A stretch of 64,000 nt of DNA from a virus (IMGVR_UViG_3300047335_000017:1-64000), one strand, 5' to 3'; shown: positions 8,559 through 19,248, numbered from the stretch's first letter. Notes: generated from the sequence alone by a model not told the origin. A program made the numbers and translations.

Positions 8559-11500
8559 TTACTGTTGTCCGAAGTTCCCGTAGGAAAGCATCCCTCTGCC
8601 GGCGATGTCTCGTGGCTGAACACCGATGGGTAGGCCCTGACCTCTCGCCAACATAGCAGCTCGTATATGTTCTGCGAAGGCCCTTCCGAAGTCGGCGATG
8701 GGAGGCTTGAGGCCCGGATGCGCTTGCGCGTATCGCTGACTTTCCGCCATCCACTCTTGGAACATCTGGGGATCGCCGCGCTGCTGAGCCAACATCAGAT
8801 GCCGAGTGATGTTCTGTTCGTTCAACTGCCGCATCGTATTGAGGCCCGTCGCCTCCTTCTTCACTTCATCGTACTCGGCCTCTTTTTGGGGATCGATGCC
8901 CATCACGGTCAGCGCCACATCCCAACCATTCGCGGAAATGGGTAATGGCGAACCGTTTTTATCCACAAAATTCCTCTGCGCGAGACGGAAGCCCTCCATC
9001 GGCGTCTTCATGAACTCGGGAACCATCTTGATCAGGCCATCCAGGTAGTCCCCGTTCGTAATGTCCCGAACGCCTCCCGCGAGCGTCATCAGCTCACCGA
9101 TCGACGAACCGCCCATGCTCTTGAGCCAATCCTTCTCCGCGTCCTCAAGCTTGCGCTTCTCGAAGAGCGCGTTGACCGTCGCCGAACCAGGAACAATGGT
9201 ACCTTCACCCCAATGATCGAAGTCCATGCCGATTGCTCGGGGAGCGCCACGAGCAATGATCTCGCCCATGTCTTTTCCGAAAGTGTTGGATAGAAACGTT
9301 CTGTACGAAGCAGTGATATCATGATCATCACTGTCGGTGAAGAAATCAGCCAGCCGATCGTAAACGGAGGCCATTACGCTCAACAGCGGAAGCCCGATAC
9401 TGCCCGCGAGGAACGTCACCGCCGCGAGATGCCCAGCCATCCATTTGGCGCTCTGCGCGTCCCCTCCAGCCATGGCGTGCGCCTCACGGTAGAGCTTGCC
9501 GGTCATCTTGATCTGCCACCCCATGAACTGATTGATCATGGGCGACATCGCGCCGAACGAACCGCCACGCGTCACCTGTCTGGCATTGAGTTGCGCGGTC
9601 CAGTCGCCTTGGCTCTCTTTAATGGCGTGGGAAACATATTCCTCCATGGAGAGCTGCTTACCCTCGACGACGGACTTCTGGGGAGCCGAGTTGTGAAGGT
9701 CGCGCGCCGCCAGCGCAGTCACGAGACGCGGCCACATCTCGCCGTAGAAGCCCAGGACGTTCATCGCTTTCCTGAAGCCCTCTGGAACGAAACCGCCTTC
9801 CTCGTGGCCCGCCAACATCTGAGGAGAGTACATCGCGTTGCCGAAGTCCCCACGGGCCACCTGACCCATGATGAACTTCACGATCGCCGGGGGAACGCCG
9901 CCTTTTTCCAGGGCCTCCTGACTGATGCCGGCGGTCGCCCAATCGGGGCTCGACGCGATGGCGCGCATGACCTTGAACGCCATCGGCGACGAGTTGAACA
10001 TCATCTGCGCGCCGCGCGCGTAGCCATGCGTCTTCCCGAACTCGGGGAGCGTGGTTGTCAACAACTGAGACATCAGCGTGAGCACGTAGGCCGGCGAAGA
10101 ACCGATGTGCAACGCATGCGTGAGATGCCTGAGCGCATCCAAGGGCGTCGGCGGCGTGTAGGTCTGCCTCAGGCGCTCGCGCATGAGAAGTTCCCCTACG
10201 GCCTGGGAGCCCGCGTTGATATCGGCGTCGGATGTGTTCGGATCGTGGTTCGCCGCCTTGACCTGATCCATCATCGCGGCGGAAGCACGTCCGACTTCGG
10301 CTGCAAGCGAAAGCCGGGAAATGCTCTTCGACATGATCGCCGAGCTGCGCGTCGAGTTCGCCATCATGTCCTTCGAGAAGCCCTGGACGTTCTCACGCCG
10401 GGCCATCAACCGGCCCATGGAGGTCTCGGGGAGCATGTTGAGCAAGTTCTGTTGCATATCCCGTAGCTGAGCGTATTGCGAGCGCTCCCACGCCGCCGGG
10501 TCCACTCCGGGAGGCGCGGGCGGGGCTTTGGCGCGGAACTGCTCGATCGCCCGACGCATGAACGCCGGGGAGATCGTGTTGAACAGACTTTCATCCGTGG
10601 CGGGACCAGCGCCCACGGCATCGTTCTTGTCGAGAAGCCCCGACTGCTGAGCCTTCAGAAACTCGCGACGAAGAGCCGCCGCTTCCGCCGCGTCGCGGAC
10701 CCTGATGTAGACCTTGGCGTTCCCGTTGCCGTCTTTGATATCCGCGTCGCCAAAGCCTGCCTTGTCCAACTGAGCCCTGAACTGGTTGACCTTTGACTGA
10801 TCATACGAGCCATCAGGGTTCGTGAAGAGCTTGCCCGAAACGAAGTGAGAGCCTGTCCTTCCGAGATGGAAGTAGGGGGATCGTTCTGCTTCCTTGCGCT
10901 TGCCCTGGACTGCCTCCAACATCTCCTTGACGTACTCACTGTCCGTCGTGAGACGCTTGACGCGATTGGACATCCCGGCAATCGCTTCCTCGGGAAGGCT
11001 GCCACTCTTCAGGCGCTCGACCAAGCGCGAGCCCAGGTCCGGCTTCACGCCACCAAAGGCTTTCGCTAGCTGCTCTGGCGTCAAACCCCTGAAAGCATCC
11101 GCCTGCTTTTCGAGAGCGAGCTGATCGCGCAGCTCGGTCCTCGATCCCGTCAGCTTGCCCTGGAACTCGGTCGTAGCGTCAACCGCCTGCGCAACCGCAT
11201 CTTTCCAAAAAGCCTCGGCTTTCGCGGGATGCTGATAGGCATCCGGCCTGCCGACGTATTCTCCGAACTTGTCGGTGATCCCCGGTATGCCGCCCTCAAA
11301 GCTGTCGGCCAGCATCTTGAGGCTGTTGAACAACGCCATGTGATACTCGGCCGAATGCTTGGCCCGGATCGTCTCGTACGCTTCCATGCCTCCAGCATGC
11401 TCACGCATCCCCAAGCTCGAATAGTCGCGATTGGCTTGGTTGACCTCGCGCATGAGCACGGCCTCGTTGGGAGCGCCGTGAAGATGCTGATGTTCGGACC

Positions 11501-14500
11501 AGGTTTTTCTCCAATCGATGTCCTGAGCCGTCAACGCCATCCCTTTTTCGACAAGTTCTTGGGTTGCGTGGGCAGTCGCATCGAACGCCCGCTTGGCCTC
11601 GACACCTATGCGCGCGAAAATGTCATCCCTCGTTCCCTGATCACGAAGGAGCCCAACGAAGTCGTGGATCGCCGGGATCACCCGACTGAATTGCATGTCT
11701 ATATGATGGCCGTCGACCCAGCCAAGGATGAACTTCCGAGCCGCGCTAGTGAAGTTGAGCGACTTATCCGTGAGCAACTGACGAAGGTTGTTCTGAACGA
11801 CGGAGCGCGTGACATCCGTGCTGTCGGAAACCTCCTTCATCGCCTCATCGGCTCGGTTCGCCGGGCTGGCCGGCGTAAAGTTCGGGTTCGGTTTGATGGA
11901 AGGGATTTCCTCGCCACGAGCAGGAGCGCTCGCTTCCACGTTGTCTTGCGCCAGCACTTGCGTGAGATCGAGAACGTGATCCACCAACGGCTGCTGATAC
12001 TCAGGGATTTTCAGGAGCTTCCCGACGATACGCTTGAAGAACGTCATCATGTTCCCAACGAAACCCTTGGGCGCGTCGAGAGACCGCATGAAGTTCTGGA
12101 AGGTCGGGTTCGTGTTCACTTCGGCCACGAACTCTTCGACGTTGCTCAGACCGTAGGCCTGATCATCTCCGGCCAAACGCTTGGTCCGTTCGAACGCCGC
12201 GATCATCATCCGCGCGGCGGTCCCACCAGCACGCAAAGCCTTGACGGTCGCTGCATGGATGAACTCATGCATGAGCGTTTGCTCAAGATAGCGCGGATTG
12301 TAGATGTTGATGCGGTCTAGCTTCGGATTGTACGAGCCGTCAACCATCTGACCAGCTTCATACGCACGAGAGTTGTCGAACTTGAAGCTGTCTGGCCTCG
12401 CGAACCTGATCTTCGGATTGATGCCCAACCGCGCAAGGAAAGCCGCCGCCTGACGAACAATCGGCGTCGAACCATTCTCCGCGAGATGCTGAAGAACATC
12501 GGAACTGTCCTTAGCCTTCTTGATCACGTTATAGAGATCGACATCATTCTGATCAACGCGACCATTGGGACGCGCGAAATCCGCGCGCGATGGAGAGTTC
12601 ACTGTCGCGCGAGAAACCGTCCTCGACTGAGTTACCGCCAGTTGCCTTTGCTGATACGCATCAATCTCGCTCTTGAGCGCTTTCGTGGCGCTCTCCACGG
12701 CTTTCCATGTGCCAGCCGTAGGCTTGACCAAACGCATCTGAAGCTCGTCGAGACGATCATAAAACTTCCTGGTTTCATCATCCAAAGGGAGCTGATGGAG
12801 ATATTCTCGAAGCTTCTCGATCGCGCGATATCGGGCTTGATTGCCCTTGGTCTCGATCTCGTTCGGATCGATCTTGGCCTGAGGACGCTCTTCGTCCTGA
12901 TACGCTCTCCTGGAGACTGATGGAATTTCCTTTCCGGCGCTCTTGTCGAGCTGATCGAGCAACGCGCTCACATCGTCTGAATGCCTAGAAACGGCGTCAA
13001 GAACGCTCTGAGGCGCGTTCTTGTCGAGAGCATGATCGAACAACGCCCCATGATCATCCATGATGGCATCGGGATCAATACTCGAAGTATCACCCTTGGC
13101 GATGGCCTCTCTCAGCGCGTTGAACTTCTCATTGACTCTCTTTACAAGAGCATCGAAGCCTGCCTGTTTCGAAGCCTCGAGCTTGACAGCTTTTAGCTCG
13201 TCCAACGAAGCGTTGGCCTTATTGAGAGCGCTGCTGACGCGAGGATCGACAGCCGGTTTGGGCGGCTCTGGGGGAGCTTTTCTCGCCGCATCGGCTTCGG
13301 CTTGGTTCTTGAACGGCTTGCGTTTGGGAGCCTCCCGCGCATCACGCTGATCGATGCGCGCCATCGTGGCTTTCGCCGCAGGGGAAGGTTCTGGGATAGG
13401 CTCGGAAACGTTTCGATTGAGGTTCAGATTTCTCAGAGCCTCACTCGAAAGACGCGCATTATGCTTGGCTGTCTTTAGCTTGTCTTCCGTGTCCAAACGA
13501 GCGCCATACGCCGCATCGACAGCATTCTTCGCGCTGGAAACAGCAACTCTAAGATTTTCTAATTTAATTTTAGTTTCTTTTGGTTGCTTATCAACCAATC
13601 TACTAACCTCGTTCATATTTTCATTTGCAACTTTTCTGAGCTGATCGAACTCAGCATCCTTCACACTCATAACGTCAAGGATATCTGAAATCTGACGCTC
13701 GATCTCAATATTCTTGGCGCTTTTCGCACGAGGTCTCAGAATGTTTTCCGGTTCCTTCTCGGCTTCAAGCGCGCTCATTTCTGTTCGAAGTTGACTGATC
13801 TCTTCAGCCAACTTGCTCAAACCAGCTTCGTGCTTGTCCTCCTTGCTACCAAAAGCAGACATGGCCTTGGCAAGCGCCGCCTTTGCAGACGCCAAATTAT
13901 TTCGAGCCATCTGCTCCATGCCGCGATGGGCGTCGAGTTGGTCACTCAACCTCCCCAGCTCGGCTTGACCCCTGACGGCGTCATCTTGGATAGCCTTGAT
14001 ACGCCAAGGCTCCATTGGAGTCTCTTGCTCAGCTTCCCCGGCGGCTGGCGTCTCTTCGGGAGCTGGAGCCCTCGGTTCGCCAGATGGCGCTGGCTTCGTC
14101 GAAGGCTTTTCCCAATAGGGCGTCCTCGAAGGCTCCGCGCCTTCCCGAGACCAACGCAGCTCTTCGACCGCCCGCTCCCATTCCGTGCCACGAGGCTTCT
14201 CAGTGGGAGATTTGCGCACGCGAGCCGCAGCCGTGGGCGCTTCCTGGATCGGCTGGGGCTTGAAGAGCTGTTCGCCGGCCCCTAGACCCTCGGAAATCAG
14301 CGTAGGCTCACCCCTGCCATTCGTGGCCTGCCCAGCCACCTTCGTTTGACCGCGATCGTTGGCGATGTTGAGCGCTTCCTCGCGCGTGACATACCGCCCC
14401 TTGGATGTGATGAAGCCTTCCGCGTTGGGCGTGTTCTTCATAAACTCCGCTACGTCCTCAGCGCTGCTTCCTGTCCGATCAATAGTCTTCGAGAACGCCA

Positions 14501-16817
14501 TGGCGTGCATCGGCGCTGTCTGGATCGTCCCATCTGGCGCGAGGTTCGCTGGAGCAATGACCTTCTCTGGACCTGGAGTATCGAAGTCAGACAACGATCG
14601 AGACGTGCCATTTTCCATGTGCACGGCAGGGTCCGATCCAGCCGGAAGAACGGGAGGAAAACCTCCCTCTGGAACAGATGCGCTCTTGGGCCGCAATCCC
14701 GTCAGGATTGCATCCATCGGGTCTAGTTGAGAGGGAATAGGGACGGCGGCTTGCGCCGCCGGTTGCTGAGCATCCTCCAATCCAGGGGGCGTGGCCAGAG
14801 GCTCGTTCGTGCCCATCTCGACGGGCTTCGCGTACTTGCCGATGGGCGTGCCGTCTTTGTCGGTAACGCCTAACTTAAAGCCCCATTTGGCAAGCGCATC
14901 GGTCATCTTCCCTTGATGCGCGGTATCGGCAATATGCTGGAGCACTTCGGCCTCAGAGCCGAACGTCTTCCCTCGCAATGCCCCTGGAACAGGGTTGCCG
15001 CCCTTGGCAGTCGCCTGACGATAGGCCGGCCAGTCAAAGCCGGGATCGGGAGGCGTGGGCGTGACTGGCGCTGACGGGGGAGCGGCAGAAGGCGCAAGGA
15101 GGCGTGGAGCGTTTGGGTCCTGCTCCATCAGCGTCCGCATCTTCATCTCGCGGCCAAGCTCGCCGAGAGCTTGCTGCGCACGAGCGCGCGTCCGCTCGCT
15201 ACCCGTGATCGACACGAGGTTGGCCATCTTGTTGGCACGGGTCACGAGTTCGTCGGTGGTCCACGTCCTGAACGGACGCGATTGCTCTTCATTCTCAGGA
15301 GGTACGTTGATCACGCGCGGAGGCGCACGCTCGCCGCCGAGTTGGATCGGTCGACCATCGGCGGTCGGAGCTTCCGGCGGGGCGGGCTCGCCCGGCGCTG
15401 GCGCGGGAAGGCCATCGGGTTCACCGAACGTAAACGGCGGTGCGCGACCTCGATCTCCAAAGAGATCGCCCTGCGCAAACCCACCGCGCAAATCGAATGC
15501 GCCCTGCTGAGGCTGAGGTGATGGCTTCGTGAAATCAAACGTGCCTTGAGAGGGCTGCCCTCCGGCCTCGGTGAACCGGCGCTCGATCTCAGCTCCAATC
15601 ATCTGATGAACTAGAGCATGATCGTCTGGTAGCTGCTGACCAGCAGATTTGGCGTCCTCGTAATATTTGAACGTGTCAAACAACTTCGAAATCGGCGCTT
15701 GGCGCAATACCGCCTGCATCCGATCTTCGGGAGTATCGTTCCCGTACATATTGATGGGCGGCGCTTCTTCGTCTGGAGGCCGCACGTAGTTGAAGCCCGA
15801 GACTTGCGCGGACGGCTCTGTTCCCTGAGTGCGCACCGCGACTTGCTGACCTGGAGGAAACTGGCCCAGGTCATAGTTCGTCTTTCCCCACTGAAACTGA
15901 TCCGGACCCTTAGCGCTCCCCGCGCCAGCCTGAGGATCGAGGAAGCGTGTCGCATCGTCCAGTTCACTGGTCGGAACGCTCGCGGCAGGCTTGGACACGA
16001 GGGCGCTCGTAGCGGCCCTGAGCCCGCCAGCCACACCGCCGAACACTGCTCCTTGCACGGCACCACCAAGCGCCGACTGAAGTATCTCGTTGGCGCGATC
16101 CGCAAGTGGTCTATTGGGATCACCCATTTGCTGAGTGAGATAAGTGGTCGCCGCAGCCGCCGGAACCTGTGCCGCCGCGCCGATCCCAGCTTGCTTGGCG
16201 ACATATCTCACCGCATCACCGATCGTCTTCCCGGCATAGTCGCCAGCGAACATATGCTCGATACGCGCGGGCACGATGGCCTGAAGCCCGGCCTCGGGGA
16301 CGCCGTACAAGAGCGCCTTTCCGGGAGATGTAAGAGCGCCAGTCTCGTCGATCTGGCGCTGCGCGTTGCCGCCCACGGACGAAGGATACATCGCTCCAGC
16401 CGCGCCCAGAAACGCCCCAAGCCCACCACCCACAACCTCTCCCGCGCCACCGCCAGCAGCCGCAGCGGCCAATCCAGGGAGACCTTTGGCGAGCTGATAG
16501 CCAATGCCCGGCAGAGACCATGGGTTCTCTTCCAGGTCGGGTCGGGCGAAGCTTTGGGCAGCCGCCTGCTGACGCTGCGCATAGGCCCCGGCGGACTGCG
16601 CGAAATTGTCCGCTCCTACCGCTTGCGCCAAGGTCTGCGCAAAGCGGCCACCCTGGGAGAGCAGTTCACCCATCCTCGCGCCGACACCCGCCCCAAACCA
16701 GTTTCCTGTTCCAGTGGCGGGCGGCGTATCTGGCGGTGGCAATGGCGCGGAAGGCTTGGAAAGATAGTCCTCGAAGCTGGGGACCATTTGGCTGTAATCA
16801 GGAACCGGGCCAGCCAT
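8559..16817 (-). CDS. giant virion (ejected/polyvalent-type) protein with a zincin-like HExxH motif
   Basis: Uninterrupted 2752-aa ORF. It has a Gly/Ala-rich hydrophobic N-terminus, Pro-rich linkers and a long coiled-coil middle. LMHEFIHAATV (HExxH) is encoded at 12255-12269. It occupies the position of large internal virion proteins in podovirus-like late operons. Confidence 0.8.
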   Translation of the reverse strand: MAGPVPDYSQMVPSFEDYLSKPSAPLPPPDTPPATGTGNWFGAGVGARMGELLSQGGRFAQTLAQAVGADNFAQSAGAYAQRQQAAAQSFARPDLEENPWSLPGIGYQLAKGLPGLAAAAAGGGAGEVVGGGLGAFLGAAGAMYPSSVGGNAQRQIDETGALTSPGKALLYGVPEAGLQAIVPARIEHMFAGDYAGKTIGDAVRYVAKQAGIGAAAQVPAAAATTYLTQQMGDPNRPLADRANEILQSALGGAVQGAVFGGVAGGLRAATSALVSKPAASVPTSELDDATRFLDPQAGAGSAKGPDQFQWGKTNYDLGQFPPGQQVAVRTQGTEPSAQVSGFNYVRPPDEEAPPINMYGNDTPEDRMQAVLRQAPISKLFDTFKYYEDAKSAGQQLPDDHALVHQMIGAEIERRFTEAGGQPSQGTFDFTKPSPQPQQGAFDLRGGFAQGDLFGDRGRAPPFTFGEPDGLPAPAPGEPAPPEAPTADGRPIQLGGERAPPRVINVPPENEEQSRPFRTWTTDELVTRANKMANLVSITGSERTRARAQQALGELGREMKMRTLMEQDPNAPRLLAPSAAPPSAPVTPTPPDPGFDWPAYRQATAKGGNPVPGALRGKTFGSEAEVLQHIADTAHQGKMTDALAKWGFKLGVTDKDGTPIGKYAKPVEMGTNEPLATPPGLEDAQQPAAQAAVPIPSQLDPMDAILTGLRPKSASVPEGGFPPVLPAGSDPAVHMENGTSRSLSDFDTPGPEKVIAPANLAPDGTIQTAPMHAMAFSKTIDRTGSSAEDVAEFMKNTPNAEGFITSKGRYVTREEALNIANDRGQTKVAGQATNGRGEPTLISEGLGAGEQLFKPQPIQEAPTAAARVRKSPTEKPRGTEWERAVEELRWSREGAEPSRTPYWEKPSTKPAPSGEPRAPAPEETPAAGEAEQETPMEPWRIKAIQDDAVRGQAELGRLSDQLDAHRGMEQMARNNLASAKAALAKAMSAFGSKEDKHEAGLSKLAEEISQLRTEMSALEAEKEPENILRPRAKSAKNIEIERQISDILDVMSVKDAEFDQLRKVANENMNEVSRLVDKQPKETKIKLENLRVAVSSAKNAVDAAYGARLDTEDKLKTAKHNARLSSEALRNLNLNRNVSEPIPEPSPAAKATMARIDQRDAREAPKRKPFKNQAEADAARKAPPEPPKPAVDPRVSSALNKANASLDELKAVKLEASKQAGFDALVKRVNEKFNALREAIAKGDTSSIDPDAIMDDHGALFDHALDKNAPQSVLDAVSRHSDDVSALLDQLDKSAGKEIPSVSRRAYQDEERPQAKIDPNEIETKGNQARYRAIEKLREYLHQLPLDDETRKFYDRLDELQMRLVKPTAGTWKAVESATKALKSEIDAYQQRQLAVTQSRTVSRATVNSPSRADFARPNGRVDQNDVDLYNVIKKAKDSSDVLQHLAENGSTPIVRQAAAFLARLGINPKIRFARPDSFKFDNSRAYEAGQMVDGSYNPKLDRINIYNPRYLEQTLMHEFIHAATVKALRAGGTAARMMIAAFERTKRLAGDDQAYGLSNVEEFVAEVNTNPTFQNFMRSLDAPKGFVGNMMTFFKRIVGKLLKIPEYQQPLVDHVLDLTQVLAQDNVEASAPARGEEIPSIKPNPNFTPASPANRADEAMKEVSDSTDVTRSVVQNNLRQLLTDKSLNFTSAARKFILGWVDGHHIDMQFSRVIPAIHDFVGLLRDQGTRDDIFARIGVEAKRAFDATAHATQELVEKGMALTAQDIDWRKTWSEHQHLHGAPNEAVLMREVNQANRDYSSLGMREHAGGMEAYETIRAKHSAEYHMALFNSLKMLADSFEGGIPGITDKFGEYVGRPDAYQHPAKAEAFWKDAVAQAVDATTEFQGKLTGSRTELRDQLALEKQADAFRGLTPEQLAKAFGGVKPDLGSRLVERLKSGSLPEEAIAGMSNRVKRLTTDSEYVKEMLEAVQGKRKEAERSPYFHLGRTGSHFVSGKLFTNPDGSYDQSKVNQFRAQLDKAGFGDADIKDGNGNAKVYIRVRDAAEAAALRREFLKAQQSGLLDKNDAVGAGPATDESLFNTISPAFMRRAIEQFRAKAPPAPPGVDPAAWERSQYAQLRDMQQNLLNMLPETSMGRLMARRENVQGFSKDMMANSTRSSAIMSKSISRLSLAAEVGRASAAMMDQVKAANHDPNTSDADINAGSQAVGELLMRERLRQTYTPPTPLDALRHLTHALHIGSSPAYVLTLMSQLLTTTLPEFGKTHGYARGAQMMFNSSPMAFKVMRAIASSPDWATAGISQEALEKGGVPPAIVKFIMGQVARGDFGNAMYSPQMLAGHEEGGFVPEGFRKAMNVLGFYGEMWPRLVTALAARDLHNSAPQKSVVEGKQLSMEEYVSHAIKESQGDWTAQLNARQVTRGGSFGAMSPMINQFMGWQIKMTGKLYREAHAMAGGDAQSAKWMAGHLAAVTFLAGSIGLPLLSVMASVYDRLADFFTDSDDHDITASYRTFLSNTFGKDMGEIIARGAPRAIGMDFDHWGEGTIVPGSATVNALFEKRKLEDAEKDWLKSMGGSSIGELMTLAGGVRDITNGDYLDGLIKMVPEFMKTPMEGFRLAQRNFVDKNGSPLPISANGWDVALTVMGIDPQKEAEYDEVKKEATGLNTMRQLNEQNITRHLMLAQQRGDPQMFQEWMAESQRYAQAHPGLKPPIADFGRAFAEHIRAAMLARGQGLPIGVQPRDIAGRGMLSYGNFGQQ

Positions 16818-16832
16818 TACATACTTCCGACG

Positions 16833-18452
16833 TTATTGAGTTCCGCCCATTGTTGCATAAGGCGTGGCCTGACCCAAGCCCCATGCACGCAAGAACTCTT
16901 CCTGCTTTTGGTTGGCCTTATCTATGTCCGCTTGCGCCTTAGCGATAGCCCCTCGATCGCCGCCCTTCGTGGCAGCCTGCAACGCGGCATTGCCATCCGC
17001 GATCTGTTTCTGGATCAGGCCCATGTACGCTGGCGCGGCAGTCTCCTGAGGCTTGAGATAGTGCTGCATGCCCCATAGCTTCTGCGCCGTCCCGATCGGC
17101 ATGCTCGCCGCCGCGTTGATCCACTCGTCGTCGGAATACTGATGTGGCTCCATCATCAGATGGGCGTGTTTCGGATCGACGCCCATTCCCGCCGAAACGA
17201 CACTAATCTTATTGCTGTCGTCAGGTATTTTTTGTATCACTGTTCCGTTGGGCATGGCATGGGTGATCTGACCCGCGCCCTGAGCGTTCGTGGCATTGAG
17301 CCACTGAGCCATCATTGGAACCGCGCCCTGAGGGTCTCTCTGCACATGCGCGGCCATGTCGGGGTTGGCCGTAAGCAACCTCTGAATGTTCGGGTCGGAA
17401 TAGAAGTTCGCGGTCGCCTCGCGCGCCCGCAAGTCCTGCTGACCACCGAACAGCATCCCCGTGATCTTCTCCCCACTGGTTGGCGGGGTTGTGATCTGCT
17501 GGAGCCACGCCGGACGCGTATCTCCTTGCGCGGAAGCACCGGGCTGAGCCTGAGGTTGCGCGCCGGGCTGAGCCTGAGGTTGAGCTTGCGTGGGAGCTGG
17601 CGCTTGCCCACCATTCATCAAAGCCGTGGCGCTGCCCAGCCTCGCGCCGAAGCCATTGCCAGAAGGCTGCATGGTCGGGCCATCATCGAGCGTGACAGGT
17701 CCGCCGGACATCTGCTCCAGGAAGCCAGGAGCGTTCCGCATGGCGGTATTCACGCCCTGAGGCGGCGACTGAGGCTGCATGGGCGCGGAAGGCTGCGACG
17801 CATTGGCGTTAACGTCTGTTCCCGGCGCGGGCCGAGGGAACTGAAGAGGTAAAGGGGCAGCGCCGACGTTCGGGCTACCTCCCGCATAACCTGGAGTTGC
17901 GCCCTTGGGACCCATACCCATTGCCGCCCTGAGATGCGCGACGAAGTGCTCGTCGACAGGGTACGAGCCTGTCTGCGCATCATATCCTGGCGTGGGCTGA
18001 CCACCCGCCGCGCCCATGTTGGGATCACTCACATCGGGCGTTCCCGACGCATAGCCCATGGCCTTAATCTTCGAACGAAGATTGCTGTTCTGCCCGCCGC
18101 CCATGGGCTGGGGCGGGGGAGGCGTCTGCGGGCCGGTCCACGAACCCGACGTGATTGTCTGGCCCGGCGCGGGCACGGGAGAGATCGGCGCGGGAGGCAC
18201 GTCGCGCGTGCCGAACGCGAACCCCGGAGGCTTAGCGCCACCCTTCCCACCCATGGGCATCTTCATCGGCGGATTGCCGCCACCCTTCGCCATCAGAGGT
18301 ATGGGCATGCCCTTCCCGCCCTTACCCATCATCGGAGGCTTGCCGCCCATCATCGGAGGACCGCCACCGCCGCCCATGAGCGCCGTGAGCGGGCTCGGCG
18401 GCGGGGGAGCCTGAGGCGGCTTCTTCATGGGTAGTCCACGTCCCATGGCCAT
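16833..18452 (-). CDS. Pro/Gly/Met-rich internal virion protein
   Basis: Start moved to the ATG at 18452, 1 nt after the upstream stop. The N-terminal half is low complexity (GGKPPMMGKGGKGMP...). It shares composition and GT-x-(D/N)-V motifs with 57047..58009. Confidence 0.6.
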   Translation of the reverse strand: MAMGRGLPMKKPPQAPPPPSPLTALMGGGGGPPMMGGKPPMMGKGGKGMPIPLMAKGGGNPPMKMPMGGKGGAKPPGFAFGTRDVPPAPISPVPAPGQTITSGSWTGPQTPPPPQPMGGGQNSNLRSKIKAMGYASGTPDVSDPNMGAAGGQPTPGYDAQTGSYPVDEHFVAHLRAAMGMGPKGATPGYAGGSPNVGAAPLPLQFPRPAPGTDVNANASQPSAPMQPQSPPQGVNTAMRNAPGFLEQMSGGPVTLDDGPTMQPSGNGFGARLGSATALMNGGQAPAPTQAQPQAQPGAQPQAQPGASAQGDTRPAWLQQITTPPTSGEKITGMLFGGQQDLRAREATANFYSDPNIQRLLTANPDMAAHVQRDPQGAVPMMAQWLNATNAQGAGQITHAMPNGTVIQKIPDDSNKISVVSAGMGVDPKHAHLMMEPHQYSDDEWINAAASMPIGTAQKLWGMQHYLKPQETAAPAYMGLIQKQIADGNAALQAATKGGDRGAIAKAQADIDKANQKQEEFLRAWGLGQATPYATMGGTQ

Positions 18453-18453
18453 G

Positions 18454-19233
18454 TCAGTACCTCTCGTATGAAAACCCGTTGCGACCAAAACTAAATTGGG
18501 CTGGCTTGAAGACCTTCTTTTGCATGTCGTTCTTCAGCTCGGCAATCCAATTGTCGAACGAGCCCCTGAACATCTTGGCGCGATCGAGCGCGCCACCGCC
18601 GGCCACATCCAGGTCCACGCCACGCAGCGCGAGATACGCGGCCCAATCGAGGGACTTCATGTGATAGATACGCGGGATTTCCGGCACCATCGCTTTATTC
18701 GATAGAAGAAGTGGATTGAGCGGAAGGCGCGACACGCGCATGTTCCCGATCACGCCCGCGTAAGGTGTCAAGGGAATTGGATACAACCTGAGCTGGATCG
18801 AAGAGAACGTCCCGTCGCCCGAGCCATACACGCCTTCATCCGTGGACCAAGCCAAGGGCTTGCCGGGAGGCATGTTTTCGAGCTGCGCGGGATCGAAGAA
18901 GTAAGTGTCTGGTTGATGATAAGTATCCAGATCGTTGTGGCCGGCACGCGCAAGGTCCGCGTAATCTCCCGTCATGCGGATCGACATGATCGAGAGTATT
19001 CGCTCGTCGAGCTGATAGAACTCCTGGCCACTAACCGTTGTGAATTGGGTGATCGCCGTCGTGCTGGCGTCACGCAAGCAATTAGTTCGTCTTGCAATTT
19101 CGTAGACGCCCTCGTTGATGTAGTTCACGAGGGTCTGATCGGACCATAGATAGTCAGAAGCCCCGGCGATCTGGTTCGAAGTATCCCTGAGCATATTAGT
19201 ACGCAGCTCAGTGAGCATGTCACCTAAATTCAC
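18454..19233 (-). CDS. head-tail joining / adaptor-like protein (tentative)
   Basis: 259 aa, positioned between head genes and internal virion proteins. Function inferred from position only. Confidence 0.5.
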   Translation of the reverse strand: MNLGDMLTELRTNMLRDTSNQIAGASDYLWSDQTLVNYINEGVYEIARRTNCLRDASTTAITQFTTVSGQEFYQLDERILSIMSIRMTGDYADLARAGHNDLDTYHQPDTYFFDPAQLENMPPGKPLAWSTDEGVYGSGDGTFSSIQLRLYPIPLTPYAGVIGNMRVSRLPLNPLLLSNKAMVPEIPRIYHMKSLDWAAYLALRGVDLDVAGGGALDRAKMFRGSFDNWIAELKNDMQKKVFKPAQFSFGRNGFSYERY

Positions 19234-19248
19234 CGGGGTTCTCCCTTG

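Noticed and set aside
9321-12320. Long plus-strand ORFs (9321..10466, 11229..12320, and likewise 15699..17078) inside the giant gene
   Set aside because: They are antisense to an uninterrupted 2752-codon ORF. Their products are Arg/His/Gly-rich with no motifs, which is typical of shadow ORFs in GC-rich DNA.
8559-16817. Giant protein as an N4-type virion RNA polymerase that would use the 3-nt-loop hairpins as promoters
   Set aside because: There are isolated look-alikes: IHDFVG (like motif C), PYFHLGR (like T/DxxGR) and K-x7-YG. However, they occur in the wrong order and lack the partner residues, and I found no motif A-like DxSxSGxQ. The HExxH and coiled-coil architecture fits an ejected polyvalent protein better. 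The idea remains testable, so it is mentioned under the palindrome finding.
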